Below are positions 14,096 through 62,150 of a stretch of DNA of 64,000 nt, one piece after another; position 1 is the stretch's first letter, and every line of letters starts with the position of its first letter. The notes under the pieces are model-generated. The model did not search any database. It saw nothing but the letters and a program-made list of their open reading frames with translations, and was not told the origin of the DNA. Both the position numbers and the translations under genes were made by a program. Source of the DNA: Amoebidium appalachense (Eukaryota; Protista; Ichthyosporea); assembly GCA_963693365.1 (NCBI GenBank), contig CAVNZM010000002.1, positions 17,809,760 to 17,873,759 on the forward strand, given 5' to 3'.

Positions 14096-14553
14096 CGCGC
14101 GCGCACGTGTGTGTGCGTGTCTATGTGTGTGCGTGTGCGTGCGTGCATGTGTCGTGTGTGTGTGTGTGTGTGTGTGTCACGGACACATGCGCGCACGCGC
14201 GCGCGCGCGCATGTGTCCGTGTAACTCTTTCCCCCCTCCCCCCGCCCCACCTCCCTGAAAATCCAGCACCCTCATACGCTGCCTTTTCCCAGTTCATCCA
14301 CGGCAGTAGTTGGCTAGCTTATTATGCCAGAATAGAATGAAAGTATCACGCGCAAGCACCCCCTCCAACATCTACCTTCTTTGCACATATTTGCGCAAAG
14401 GCCAGGCCCAGGCCCGCACTCCCCCCGGTGATGAACACGTGCTTGCCCTTGACGTGGAAGCCCGGCCCCAACAGCACCTTGCACACGTGCACCCCCCACT
14501 ATGCCCGCAAGGTAACAGCCCGCAGCTACCACGGCCCACCACCAGCCCTCCAT
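9039..14553 (-). CDS. KDSR: 3-ketodihydrosphingosine reductase (KDSR/TSC10/FVT1-like short-chain dehydrogenase)
   Basis: Exons (minus): 14553-14376, 13556-13302, 11970-11839, 11367-11200, 9926-9758, 9115-9039; all GT-AG and phase-compatible. Motifs: N-terminal hydrophobic anchor, [13 protein letters not shown] (Rossmann), [23 protein letters not shown], catalytic [24 protein letters not shown]-terminal TM region and HVKTD*. One extra G in the run at 14492-14497 shifts the frame of exon 1. Confidence 0.85.
12138..12420 (-). ncRNA. Structured intronic repeat, copy 1 (divergent); candidate non-circularly permuted hammerhead ribozyme within a retroposon-like element
   Basis: Reverse complement aligns with 43929-44201 and 53164-53435. 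Contains GUU (12340-12338), GAAA (12306-12303) and CUGAGGA (12272-12266). Ends ...CATTCAAA followed by poly-C. Confidence 0.6.
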
Positions 14554-14918
14554 CGTGAAGCTTACAAGAAAGCGAAAAATGGGAGAATAAATAAAAAACT
14601 GGACGGGACTAAGCCAGAGTGTTCGTATCCCAACTTTTCCGAAACGCTTAGCTATAGTAATCTTTTGGGGTTTATGCAGATAGGGCCTTGCGCACTTGCC
14701 TTTTATGGGTTTTGATCCAGCGTCCATGTCCATGACATCATTAGTAACACTGAAAGCTACTATCGCTCCCCAAAATGTGGCCCCTAACGTATACATTTGT
14801 AGACTATTAGATTGTCGAACCGTCCGACGAGTGAGTCGGTCAGCTGCAGTGACAGCAGTCGAACCTTTCTCAGCCGGACCCATTCTTTTTCTTTTGACCT
14901 TTTTGTCTGCAACACAAC
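14554..14918. promoter_or_regulatory. Probable bidirectional promoter between the KDSR (-) and VAT1-like (+) start codons
   Basis: The two ATGs are only 365 bp apart. The region is microsatellite-free and lower in GC than the exons. No specific motif is claimed. Confidence 0.55.
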
Positions 14919-26510
<11,592 letters not shown>

Positions 26511-27570
26511 GCCGGTGCCTTTCCATTCCGTGTGTGAGCTGTGTTAAAAATACCACTTACACGTCTTGTACATTGTTAAAAAAATAGAATGAGCAACCCA
26601 TACCAACACTTTGCATCACACTCTAGGGCTGTGGTGTTTCCAAGTATGTTGTAGTTCCGAAGCAACACTAAGGTGTGCTTTGTGGTTGCATGGTTTTTAT
26701 GTTTGCTTATGTCGGGTTTTGGTACTCTTGGCTGGTATCTAATTAGCGTACCTATATGGCCCGTGGTGCTCCCCTTGGTTGCTATTAACCATGTACGGCT
26801 CGTTCACCACATATACACCGTAGCCCCTGTTCATACTGTACTTCGTGGACAAGGCAATTCTCGTTTGTGCATGGGTAGCTATATACCTTGCGTACTAAGA
26901 AAGACTAATCTGATTGGGTAATAGGACAACCAATCGGAATACAGAAGATCAACTATTGGCTAACTAGAAGTTTCCATCTGAATCCGGATCTATTCGGGAT
27001 CTATTCGGGAAAGACCCTAAGATGCATTGCACGCGAGATGATCACAAGTCACACATACGATATCTCATATCGTAACAACGATCACGCAATCGTGGTTGTT
27101 CTTCCCTGTATTACTCCATATGTATGTGTGGACGATCAGACATTGCATACTGCAATTCTAAGGGACAAAATTAAACATCGTGAATACACATAGGGACTCC
27201 CATATCAGGTACCTACCGTAGCTGGGGGCACAGATCGATACCGTGGGCGCAGCTGTGAGCAGCAATGATCCAAAAGCTCCTATAGCCCTGATGTATGATT
27301 GTGCATTGCTGTTTCTTATTGCTGCTAACAATACACAGTACTAGTGTTATGACCATATTATTTCAGCGCAGCAAATGTGGCCTGTAGAACGGCTATGGCA
27401 GATAGTCAAGAGGACATTGTCTGCATGCGTGTATCAGCCTGCCACGGCTATAAATGTATACATGTACAGGTGCATGTGCAGTCGTTTATGTAAGGAATAT
27501 GGAGCCCCCGTATACACACCCCGGCCCCATACGTGCATACCTCTCTCTCTCCCTCCCTCCCTCCCTCCCT

Positions 27571-27609
<39 letters not shown>

Positions 27610-27643
27610 CTCTCCCTCTCTTTCCCCCCTCTCTCTCTCTCTC

Positions 27644-27703
<60 letters not shown>

Positions 27704-27889
27704 CCCCTCCTCCCCCCAAGCCCCGCCCCTGCACATCATGATCACACGCACACAAGCGCGCGCGCACACACACATACTGTACACACGCGCGCGCACACAC
27801 ACACACATACACGTACACACACACACACACACACACGTGTACACACACACTGGCACCCACATATCATGACGCACCGTCACGCACACAAG

Positions 27890-27937
<48 letters not shown>

Positions 27938-27978
27938 CACACCCTGCACACACACACACGCGCGCGCACACGCACACA

Positions 27979-28011
<33 letters not shown>

Positions 28012-28292
28012 CTCCACGCACCTTCATTCAACACTGGCCTGGGGCTCCAGGACCTATCATAGCGCTGTACATGCACAGTTCGTTCGCCACTAAACATAGC
28101 CTACTCATGCAGAGGCGTCGTCGATTAGGCTCGGGGCCACGAAGCTATGTAGACTATTTCCTGAACTGTACAGCACGTTGGGTTCTATGATATCTTGGCC
28201 GACCATCTATGCGTGTGCACGTGCACGTACGTGTGCACGCGTGTGTGGATGGGGCACGGGTTAGAGGCGTTTTCTTTTTATTAATTGCCTTT

Positions 28293-28324
<32 letters not shown>

Positions 28325-28384
28325 CTTTTCGAGTCACAATTCGAGTCACAGTCACAATCTTTCACAATTGTGTGTGCGTGTGTA

Positions 28385-28419
<35 letters not shown>

Positions 28420-28425
28420 GGGCAG

Positions 28426-28466
<41 letters not shown>

Positions 28467-28842
28467 TCTAGATGGAGGGGAGTAGCAGTTGCTACGCCGT
28501 TACGAGTACTAATAGATCTCACAGTGGCTTATTGTGTAGTGACATACACATGTATACAATCATTCATTTGGCACGGTAGTACACTGCCACCCGGCTTGAA
28601 ACGCTATTGCGTCGACTTCAGTTGTTCTATGCAGTCTGAGAACTGAAAAAATGAAAGATGATTATGCTGACACAGGGCCTTCAAGCTCTCCTTGTGCCTA
28701 TCTGTGAGAATATGCATGAATACCCTACTGTTAATGATCAATTAAACTAAATTTGAAAATGTATGATTTGTGATTGTAGGGTTGAGTCATGTACAAATGC
28801 GGTGCCGGCAATCAGCCAGAGGTAGTGCCCATATAGTATAAC

Positions 28843-29280
28843 GAGGCCGTCTGCCCGTAAGATTGTCAGCCAACAAGATTCCGTCGACGCCGATTTTGCC
28901 AAAAGTTTTAAGATTGTGCCAACGGGTCTATTTTCGGGACAATCTTATCGCTTATAAGTGGGCAGAGGAGGTATGGGGGGCATATTTTTAAGCAGTATAA
29001 CAGTGATGGTTCCCCCAAAATGGAACTTTCAGCATTATGTTTAGGCTTCACATTACCTTCGCGATTTTTGCCCCCCCCCCCTCCCCCCCCCCCCCCCCCC
29101 CCCCCTCCCTCCTCAGAGGCCCCGTCCATCACTCCTAACTAACCCACAAAAACCGTGACACACGCGCAATCATGCGCGTGCGCAAACACGCACACACACA
29201 CAACACATACACACTGCACCGACACACACACACACGCACGCGCAAACATACGCACACAAACACACACGTGTCACACACGC

Positions 29281-29318
<38 letters not shown>

Positions 29319-29676
29319 TGATGCAGGCGCGCACATACACAGCTTCATTCTGGTAGACCCCCCCCTCCCCTTATTATTACGGTTACAGCCCCCCCCCCTT
29401 CCCTCGAGCTCCTTATTACGGCTACCGTCCCCCCCTCCCCCGCCCTTCCCCCCCCCCCCCCCCCTCCACCACCATTAAGCGGATCCGTTACCACCCCTTC
29501 AAGTTGCAATGATTAGCTAAGCCCCTCCTCCCCATGTAACCCCCCCCCCCTCCCCTCTCCCCCGGGGGCCTCCCCCACCGAGATTGTGGACACGACCAAA
29601 ATTTGACGCTCTAATTGAAAATAAGATTGCGTCCCCATCCCCCTAAAAGCGTAGGATCTTAAGGGCGGACGGCCTC
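28843..29676. mobile_element. Non-autonomous TIR DNA element, possibly Tc1/mariner-like
   Basis: GAGGCCGTCTGCCCGTAAGAT (28843) is a 19/21 inverted match to ATCTTAAGGGCGGACGGCCTC (ending 29676). TA dinucleotides lie just outside both ends. No coding capacity. Confidence 0.5.
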
Positions 29677-29691
29677 TGTATATGGCTGTTT

Positions 29692-29724
<33 letters not shown>

Positions 29725-29752
29725 TCTCTCTTTCTCTCTCTCTCTCCCCCCG

Positions 29753-30142
29753 AGGGCCCAACCACATGGGCTGAGTCAACTTGCTCCGAGCAGATTTATT
29801 CTGCAAAAAGCAAAATTATTCTGCAAAAAGCAGAATCAATCTGCTAAAAGCAGAATTATTCTGCAAACGCAGAATCAATCTACTAAAAGCAGAATCATTC
29901 TGCAAAAGCAGAATCAATGTGCTAAAAGCAGAATCACTCTGCAAACAGCAGAATCAATCTGCTAAGAGCAGAATCATTCTGCTAAAAGCAGAATTATTCT
30001 GTTGTTGAAAGCAGAATGGTTCTGCTTTTGCAGAATAATTCTGCTTTCTGCGTAACAATTCTGCTTTTTGCAGAATAATTCTGCCTTTGCAGAAATAATT
30101 TTTGCTTTTTGCAAGTTGACTCTGCCGATGTGGTTGGGCCCT
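29753..30142. mobile_element. Foldback-type MITE with 32-bp TIRs and internal ~20-bp subrepeat arrays
   Basis: AGGGCCCAACCACATGGGCTGAGTCAACTTGC vs GCAAGTTGACTCTGCCGATGTGGTTGGGCCCT match at 30/32 inverted positions. Left arm units CTGCAAAAAGCAGAAT, right arm units ATTCTGCTTTTGCAG. Confidence 0.8.
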
Positions 30143-30329
30143 TCTCCGTCCCCAAACTCACAGACACGCACACAAATTAACACACACACACACTGTGCCA
30201 TGTGACACGCACCTGTACATATCAGCCTTGCAGTAGACTTGCCGGGCGCCATGGCATCCGCTGTGACAATCAAAACACCAGCACAATCATATGCTCACAT
30301 ACTCACATCCTCGCACGCACTCCGTACTA

Positions 30330-30385
<56 letters not shown>

Positions 30386-30572
30386 ACACACACACACAAA
30401 TCACCACCACCATTTCGCCCCGGGAAGGCAAAAAAAAAAAAAAAAAAAAAAAAAAGAAAGAAAGAAGCAGATGAAAGGGGAATAAACGAAGGCAAAGGGA
30501 ACATTGAAGACAAAGAAGACAAATACAAGCAAACCCGCCTCGTCCCAGCATAAAGAAATCGTTTGCTACAGG

Positions 30573-30621
<49 letters not shown>

Positions 30622-30639
30622 TGTGTGTGCTTGTGTATG

Positions 30640-30674
<35 letters not shown>

Positions 30675-30691
30675 CGCCCGTGTGCAAACGT

Positions 30692-30725
<34 letters not shown>

Positions 30726-31325
30726 CTAGAATGCCACAGAGTGCGCAATGCACATTCACGACGGACAACAAAACGTCTACAGTACACACACACACACAAC
30801 AAGTATGCGTCCTGACCCATCCTCCGGAAGGGGGGGAGAAGGGGAGAGGAGCTCGAGAGGGATTGAACCGCACACCAGTTTACGGGTTAACGGTAAGGTG
30901 CCTGGTATCTGCAAAGATAAGGAAAAGAATTAAGAAACTAACATAGGAATAATTTACCACATGTGCTCTCTCAGTATGCATTCGCCCTGCAGGTGCAGGT
31001 GAGGTTCACCGTCACTGTTGGATCTAAACTGTGTAATAACTATCTTTGTCATTGTCCGAGCCAAACGCGTTGCATACATTCATGATATACTAGTTCGTGA
31101 TCGGATCCCTAGACTCTTCATGGCACCAAATAAGATAACCATTCAAATATCTACAGTAGTATAACTTTACACAAATTTTGATTCTTTGCTACAGGCTAAA
31201 GTGCTATTTTTGCAACATCGCGTAGCATAATAAAAATTACTAAGTGACGAAAAAGAGCAGGCCACATTCATTCGCATAGGTACTACCCTAACCCTATCTG
31301 TAGCCTGCTAGCCCACCCCATGGGC

Positions 31326-32828
31326 CTATATGCCGCCACATCCACCCTTCCTGCTGCAAGTCTTCTGGGCCCTTCTAGGCCCACTGCTGTAGCTGCTTCC
31401 AGACCACCTCGTGTCCTGCCCCTTGTCTGCCTGCACCCTCACCGTGCTGCGGGGGCTTGCCGTGCTGCTCCTTGCGGCCTTGCCTGCCCCCGTGCCCTTC
31501 TTCTGCCCCGTGTTTGTGCTTTGGCTCCCCCCACGTGTCTGCTGCCCGAAACTCCCAAACCCTTCAAACCCTGTGCCGTGCCCTGCTCGCGATCTACTGC
31601 CAGCACCTCCCCTCATCTTTCCAAAGGGCTGGCCACCACCGCCGCCCATAAACGAACCCATCATCTGTTGTATTATGTCCTCCATTCCGCCCATTCCTCC
31701 CATCCCACCCATGCCGCCACTGGAAGTAAAAGTGAAGGTTTGGCCCGGGCCGGAAGAGAAGGTTTGGAAGGAACCCCCCCTGCCCTCCTGCCTGCCACCG
31801 GACGACCCAAAGTTAAAGCCGCTGAAGTCGAACGGCTGCCCCCTTGCCCCACCTGGTCCAGCACCCTGTTGCAAAATGTGTCAGAAACGGCAACACCCGT
31901 GTCTTGAGCGAGTATGTGGACATGGGCAACACTGCAGTGCCAGCACCTGAAAACCACAGCACAGAGCCCACACATACACAACAAGGGGTTCATTTTATAC
32001 ACTACATACCTGTGGGCCGGTAGGAGGGACACCGTCTGCAGTGCCAAATGCATCATAGTTTCGGCGCTTTTCCTCGTCCGACAGCACCTCGTAGGCTGGA
32101 GAGACAACACGAAGTTAGAAGATGCAAAAAATATGTGCTACCAATAGGAGGGTGACCAGATATATAGAAAGCATGTATGGGGGATTTTGCGTGAGGGTGG
32201 TGGTGACACTTTGCAAAGAGGGGAAAAAACGACAGAGCTACGTAAATCGACTTAACAGGGAAACATACACCATACTGTATCTAAGAAAAGGATCGCTTGT
32301 ACAAACAGTAACAGGTAAGATTCCGAAGCCCAAGGGAAAAATAATCAGCAGAACCCAAATATAAATATAAAAGTCCGTAATATTAATACTATCCGTACAC
32401 ACAGGTTGGCGTTACAAAGCACGGCTTTGAGCACATTCTCCCCGAACCTAGACACTATAAGCCACGTGGCAACCACCTTCTGTTATCTTTTGGAACTTCT
32501 TTGATGCTGCCTCTTCCTTGCCAGGGTTCTTGTCCGGGTGGTGCTTGACCGCCAGCTGCATAGACAAATAAACAGTCAGTATCCAGCCAACCCATGCTCT
32601 CAACATGACCCAATCTCCTTGTAGCCTCATCAACCACGAATGCGTGTGCTATCACACCAACTTTACAATGGCCAGCCCGCGGCCGAAACCCACCTTCCTG
32701 TAAGCCTTCTTTATCTGCTGCGTGGTGGCGGTTCTCTTGACGCCCAGAAGCTTGTAGTAGTCTGCGCCAAGCACGGCCACCAGCGTGCAGCACAGAACAA
32801 GCAGTTGCAGTGCCCGCCGCACACCCAT
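31326..32828 (-). CDS. ER-targeted J-domain co-chaperone (signal peptide, J domain, G/F-rich tail; ERdj4/DNAJB9-like architecture)
   Basis: Exons (minus): 32828-32694, 32555-32477, 32095-32010, 31865-31326. Sequence MGVRRALQLLVLCCTLVAVLG|ADYYKLLGV...IKKAYRKLAVKHHPDKN...FQKITEAYEVLSDEEKRRNYD, followed by a Gly/Phe/Met-rich region. Confidence 0.9.
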
Positions 32829-33623
32829 AGCTCCCACCGTGTGCAATTGCTACAGAATCAAAACCTAGTTGCAGCTGCGACGTATTGTGGTTGTTTTCCT
32901 CTACCCACCACCTATGTTGTAACTTATAAAGAGCAGCTCGGTTTTAGGTACTTGCACAGCGTGCAAACTGACTCTGTCAAACTGCTTTGGCTTTATATCC
33001 TTGCACGCTCGGGAACATTCGCGATTTGATTGGCTACAAGTGGCTGGTGCACAACCCGCCAATCACAAATCTGGTGAGCTACGTAAGCAGATCCTCCAAT
33101 CATAGACCTTTTAATAAATTTATCTAGTTTATTATTGGGTTATAGGGTTATGGAGCTACCCAATTAGAGTTTTCTTTTTCGATGACGTCATCAGGTCAAG
33201 CTACAATAGAAGAATTTACCAGAATTCTACCTTCAACATTTTGTTGATGTTGTTCGGCATACTCATGACCTAACAAATATTATATACTGTGTTATAAAGC
33301 AAAAAAAAATATTACTGTTTATACATAAATAGTTAAAAGGGAAAAAATGTATTCTTTTTTGGGTTAGGCTCCAAGTTTCCCTATAACCCCCTAGACCTTT
33401 ATTAAGTGTTGGGAGACTCGTAGTCGAAGAGCCGGGAAAGCTCCGAGTCCCCAGGACTGGCATTGTTACCAAAGCACTTGGAAAAAAAAAGATGAAAAAG
33501 TGAAAAAATAGTAGAAGTTGTACCCATGATTGTGATGTACGTGCAACAGTTACACATACAAAGCAACCATAGCTGCAGGGCCCCTCTTGTAGCTTGTCCT
33601 TTTTGGCGCCCGGCGGCGGCGCG

Positions 33624-33951
33624 CAGAGCTGGGGCGGCAGGTTTTGGCCGGTCCGGGCTGGGTCAGCCCAAACCGAAACTTTTTTGGGCTAGAAACGATC
33701 TGGGTTGGGCTGGCTGAACTACCATATATGGCAAGACCCCAAAAGCCTTTAAAATTAAAGGTGGGCTTCGGAGGGATTTTTTCGGGGGGTACTATAGGCT
33801 CATAATTAGTGATTAAAAGGGGGTTACAGGGGGGTCCCAACCCAATCACCTCTAGCCCAACCCGTTTAGTTTTCGGGCTGGTCTTGTCAGCCCTAACCCA
33901 AATGTTTTTCGGGCTCGTCCGGGCTGACCAGACCAGACCGCCCCAGCTCTG
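33624..33951. mobile_element. hAT-type MITE in the DnaJ/nardilysin intergenic region
   Basis: 14-bp TIRs CAGAGCTGGGGCGG / CCGCCCCAGCTCTG, subterminal GGGCT(G) repeats, and an 8-bp TSD: GCGGCGCG (33616-33623) vs GTGGCGCG (33952-33959). Confidence 0.8.
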
Positions 33952-34339
33952 GTGGCGCGAGTCTTCAACTGGTTGCGATTGGGTTACAGCGCACCACGCT
34001 GGAATGTGGTGGCCATGGCCCTCGGCGCTGAGCTAAATTGGTGATGGAGGTTCGAAACAGAACCTGACCAGAGCAACTTGAGCCAGGAAACCTGTGCCAA
34101 CGCATGTAAACAAAGTTACGGTACAGTCACGCTGCATGCAGCTCACTCACAGAATGCGCTGACGGACCTGGTCCGACATACATACTCGATAGCTGGCCTG
34201 TGTGTTCACAGCACCGCTTGTAAGAGGTTGGCCACTGGATACTTGAATGCGCAAATAGCAAGGGCTTGATTGTCTGGGCGCGACAATTACGTTCAGCCCA
34301 TAAGGTCGACACGGCCTCTCATACGGCCTGCAAAGCACC

Positions 34340-58305
<23,966 letters not shown>

Positions 58306-60139
58306 TTGTCCTAATGACTGGCCTATGTAGGCATTTTTGTGTAGGGAGGGGTTTCTCTCACGCACCTATAATAATTGAATTTCCCGCTTTGTGTATGACA
58401 GAACCCATACCCTAAATATTTTCATGTCATTGCGATTTAGTATTACTCACCCAGGCAGAATTCTCTGCCTGCCAAGGGAACTTGAGAGATGACACTACTT
58501 GTAGGCAATAAAACACATTTCTGCTTGCCTTCGGAGCAGAGATCTTGAAGTTCACATGGGGCTAGACTTCAAAGGTTTGCCTGAACTACTAATTTTGGCC
58601 TGCAACCCCTCCCCTCCCCCTCTGGACTACACTTCAGTGTCCTGCCCCCTGGCCTCTCAATGTCCCCCCCCCCCCCCCCCCCCCCCCCCTGCCCCCCTTT
58701 TGTAGGCCTCACACCCGTTCAGTACATAGGGGATAGTGTGCACAGCCAGACACATCCTCATATATCCCCATGTGTATCTTCTTCATTGTTTCTTCCCCCC
58801 CCCCCCCCCCCTCAACCCCAACCCCAACATTCAACCCCAACCCCAACCCCCCAGCAGCCCAGCGGCCGTAGCAGCTTCGGGGACCTCCTCCTTATGCTAT
58901 GACTAGTGAAGTGTGACATATATCACAAATATAGGAACTTCCGAAAATAAGACGAAGTTAGGAAGCCTTCATGGTAAGTGCGAAAAATTCTACCCGGTCA
59001 CCCCTGGCCGGGAAAAAGTCCAATTTGAATTTGGAAATATGAATTGACCAACAATGCTGACACTGAATTTAACTGCCTCCAGAACAGGGGTCATTCAGGA
59101 TCAAGATAATTCACCTACAAGATAAGTAGTACTAGATTTTTTGAAAAAAATAAGATTCTAGGGGCTACCGAGGCTGGGGGGAAAATAAGATAACGGGGAA
59201 TGGGGAGGGGGGGGAGTGGGGGGAGGGGAGGGGGGGGGGGGGGGGGACGTGGGATTCGGAGGGGAGACTGTGGCTTCCCTAGTTATTGTTAGTCTAGTCT
59301 AATGGGGTAGCAAGACACAAAATCGATTTGCACGACGATTTACTGCGGTTTTGGCGAGCTGCTATTGGTCAACGCCATGGAGCCATGGTGCTGTTTCAAC
59401 CAATCCCTACAAATCACGCATTTCAATGAATTCCAAAAAAAAAAAAAAACATTACCGTTGAAAACAACACAAAACTCTCGGTAAAAAAAAAAACTGAAAC
59501 ACTAAGGAAAAGTAAGAAAGAGAAGATCCACTAAGCCACTTTTCTGGGGGGCGGAAGAAAAGAACACGAGCCATGGTGAATCACTGAAGCGTGGCACGCG
59601 CAGCAGCCAACGACGGCGGCAAGCTCCACAACGGGGACAAGGGACGAAGTGCACTTTCGTAAGAGCGCTTGGACGACATGGCGCGTGCAAATGAGCTAAC
59701 ATTTCAATGAGACATGTGGGAAAACAGAAAGAGGAAAATAATGAGGTTTTCAACAGCGAAGCGAAAACTCAGAAACTGGATCGGGCCGTATATACGTATA
59801 CGCACTGTGTGGCGAGTGTGCTCAACCATATGCATGATGATGCCTGCGTGCGGCCTGCGATGTGAATCGTGATATCGTAATATCATGAAATTTCCCGCCA
59901 AGAAAAATCTCCAATAAAAGATTTTGATTGGCTCATAAGTTTTGATTTTAACCAATCAGGTAGCTCTCCAACAGTAGTATGCAAACCGATTTTGTGTCCT
60001 GCTACCCCATAGTATTATTATTATTAGGCTGTGCACAAGAAAAGCCCTTCTGTGCAGCAGATAATATTTCTTTTCTGATTAGCTTGAAGTCCTCCAGAAG
60101 ATTTTGCTTTGTTACCAATCAACAGACCGAAAAAGTCTA

Positions 60140-61270
60140 TGTGCGTACGTGTGAGTGGGTGTGGGTGGGTGAGTGTGTGAGTGTGTGCGTGTGTGGGGTG
60201 AGTGTCCTTTCCTTGTGTGTGTGCACGTATGTGTTACACAACGTGTGTCTGTCTGTGTGTGTGTGTGTCTGCGGCCAGGTCACGGTGCATGGTGTGTGTG
60301 TGTGGCCCCCCCTCCCCCCTTCCCTCCCTGACCTGTGGGTCCTTTTTTGGGCTGGGGGGGTATTTTTTTTTTGGGGGGGGGGGGGGGAGGGAGGGGAGGA
60401 GAGAGGCTTTGAGAAAATGTGTGACAATATGTCTGTGTGTACATTTGGATTTTGCCGTACGTTTGTTAATCTAGGTGTGTGTGTGTGTGCACGCCGTGTG
60501 TATATGTATCATAATGTGTGTGTGTGTGTTTGTGTGTGTCTTTGTGAGAAGGTGCACGGTGTGCGTGTGCATATCCCCCCCCCCCCCCCCCCCCCCCCCC
60601 ACCCCCCTCAGGGTTTTCCCCACTGTTCTAACCCTTGCCCTTTAGTCCTCTTTACAGGCGGGGAGTTTTTTTTTAAAAAAAAATGTTTTTTTTCTTTGTG
60701 GGGGGGAGGGGGGGGGGGGAGCCTCGGAGGGGGGGGGGGGGGGGGGGGGGGAAGGAGGCGTGCGAAAATGTGTGCATATGTCTGTGTGTATTGGATTTTG
60801 TGCTCGTTTGTAACTCTGTGTGTTTGTGTGTGTGTGGTGTGTGTGCATGTGTGCACGTGTGTGTATCACAATGGGTGTGTGTGTGTGTGTTTGCGTGTGT
60901 GTCCGTATGACGGTGCACGGCATGTGCGTGCGTCTCCCCCAATCTCTCCCCTCTCCCTCCCTCCTCACTCCCCTCCCCTTTTCCCCCACTGTCGTGTGGG
61001 TCCTTTAAATGGCGGGGAAGTTCTTTTTCTTTTCTTTTCTTTTTTTTTTGGTGTGTGTTGGGGGGGGGGGGGGGGGGGGGAGGGGGGGGGGAGGGGGGAA
61101 GGCGAGGGGACGGGGGCTGTGCGAAAATGTGTGCATATGTCTGTGTATTCATTTGGATTTTGTGCTCGCTTGTCACTGGGTGGTGTGTGCACGTGTGTAT
61201 CACAGTGCGGCTGTGTGTGTGTGTGTCCGTGTCTCCGTTCACGGTGCACGGTGTGTCTTCCCCCCCTCCC
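60140..61270 (+). repeat. Degenerate ~355-bp composite tandem repeat (~3 units)
   Basis: GAAAATGTGTG(C/A)...ATGTCTGTGT...TTGGATTTTG recurs at ~60413, ~60764 and ~61123. Each unit also carries (GT)n, CACGGTGCA-like, poly-C and poly-T/poly-G modules. Confidence 0.7.
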
Positions 61271-62150
61271 TGTTGGACATCGTGTTCATAGAAGCTAGTT
61301 CTAGTGCACGTTGTTCCTTCTGTAAGTCAGAAATGATCGCATCTTGTGAGGCCAACCTCTGCTCCAGTAGTTGGACTAGTTGCTGCAACGGTAAGTTGTC
61401 AGACATAGTGTCGTGTATGATGGGTAACTAGTCTATGTGTTTTGTGCACTGAAAACGACAGTAGAAAAGTGTAAATCAAACGTTCTGCTTCCCATGTTTG
61501 TGACATGGGAGGCACTGCTTTATATAGTCGTTGGCCACCTCATGGTGGCCTCGTGTGCACCCTGGTGGTGGGCCACGTACAGCATGGCCGAAAAGAGAGC
61601 ACAATGAAAACAAGTCGTTAAAGATATAAAAGTTAACTGTGCACGTTGAGTGGCTAGTTAACTTGCACTAAAGCACACAAATAAACGTGTTTAACACACC
61701 AATTGCAGTTAAACGTAAATCTTACTTCACACAACTAAAAATATTCTGAGAATATCCGGGAATAAAGCACACTACCACTCTAAGAATAGAATCCTGTGGC
61801 AAATATAGACATGACATCATCTGAACCGGGAATATTAATTAATGAGCACAATTAGCACGTTGCTAGTGAAGCTCGTCATTGGTACAGTTTTGGCTCAAAC
61901 ATATAACTACCATATATGAATATGACCGTAAACAAAAGCTCTATGCACTCGAGTGAGTGTTGAAACAATTATTCAATTGCTCAGAAAACTTTCTCTAACA
62001 GACATTGCTAGCCGGGAGTACCAGTGTACTCCAACACCCCTACTCAATTGGATAATTGTGGTATGAATAAATGCAACTGAGCTCGAGTGCTTCAGGTTCA
62101 CAAAATACAGACAATAAAGATTCCCCTACTCAATTTTAGTATGGTACATG

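Noticed and set aside
59979-61298. 439-aa ORF
   Set aside because: It spans the composite satellite and is made of CV/poly-P/poly-G tracts with no recognisable domain.
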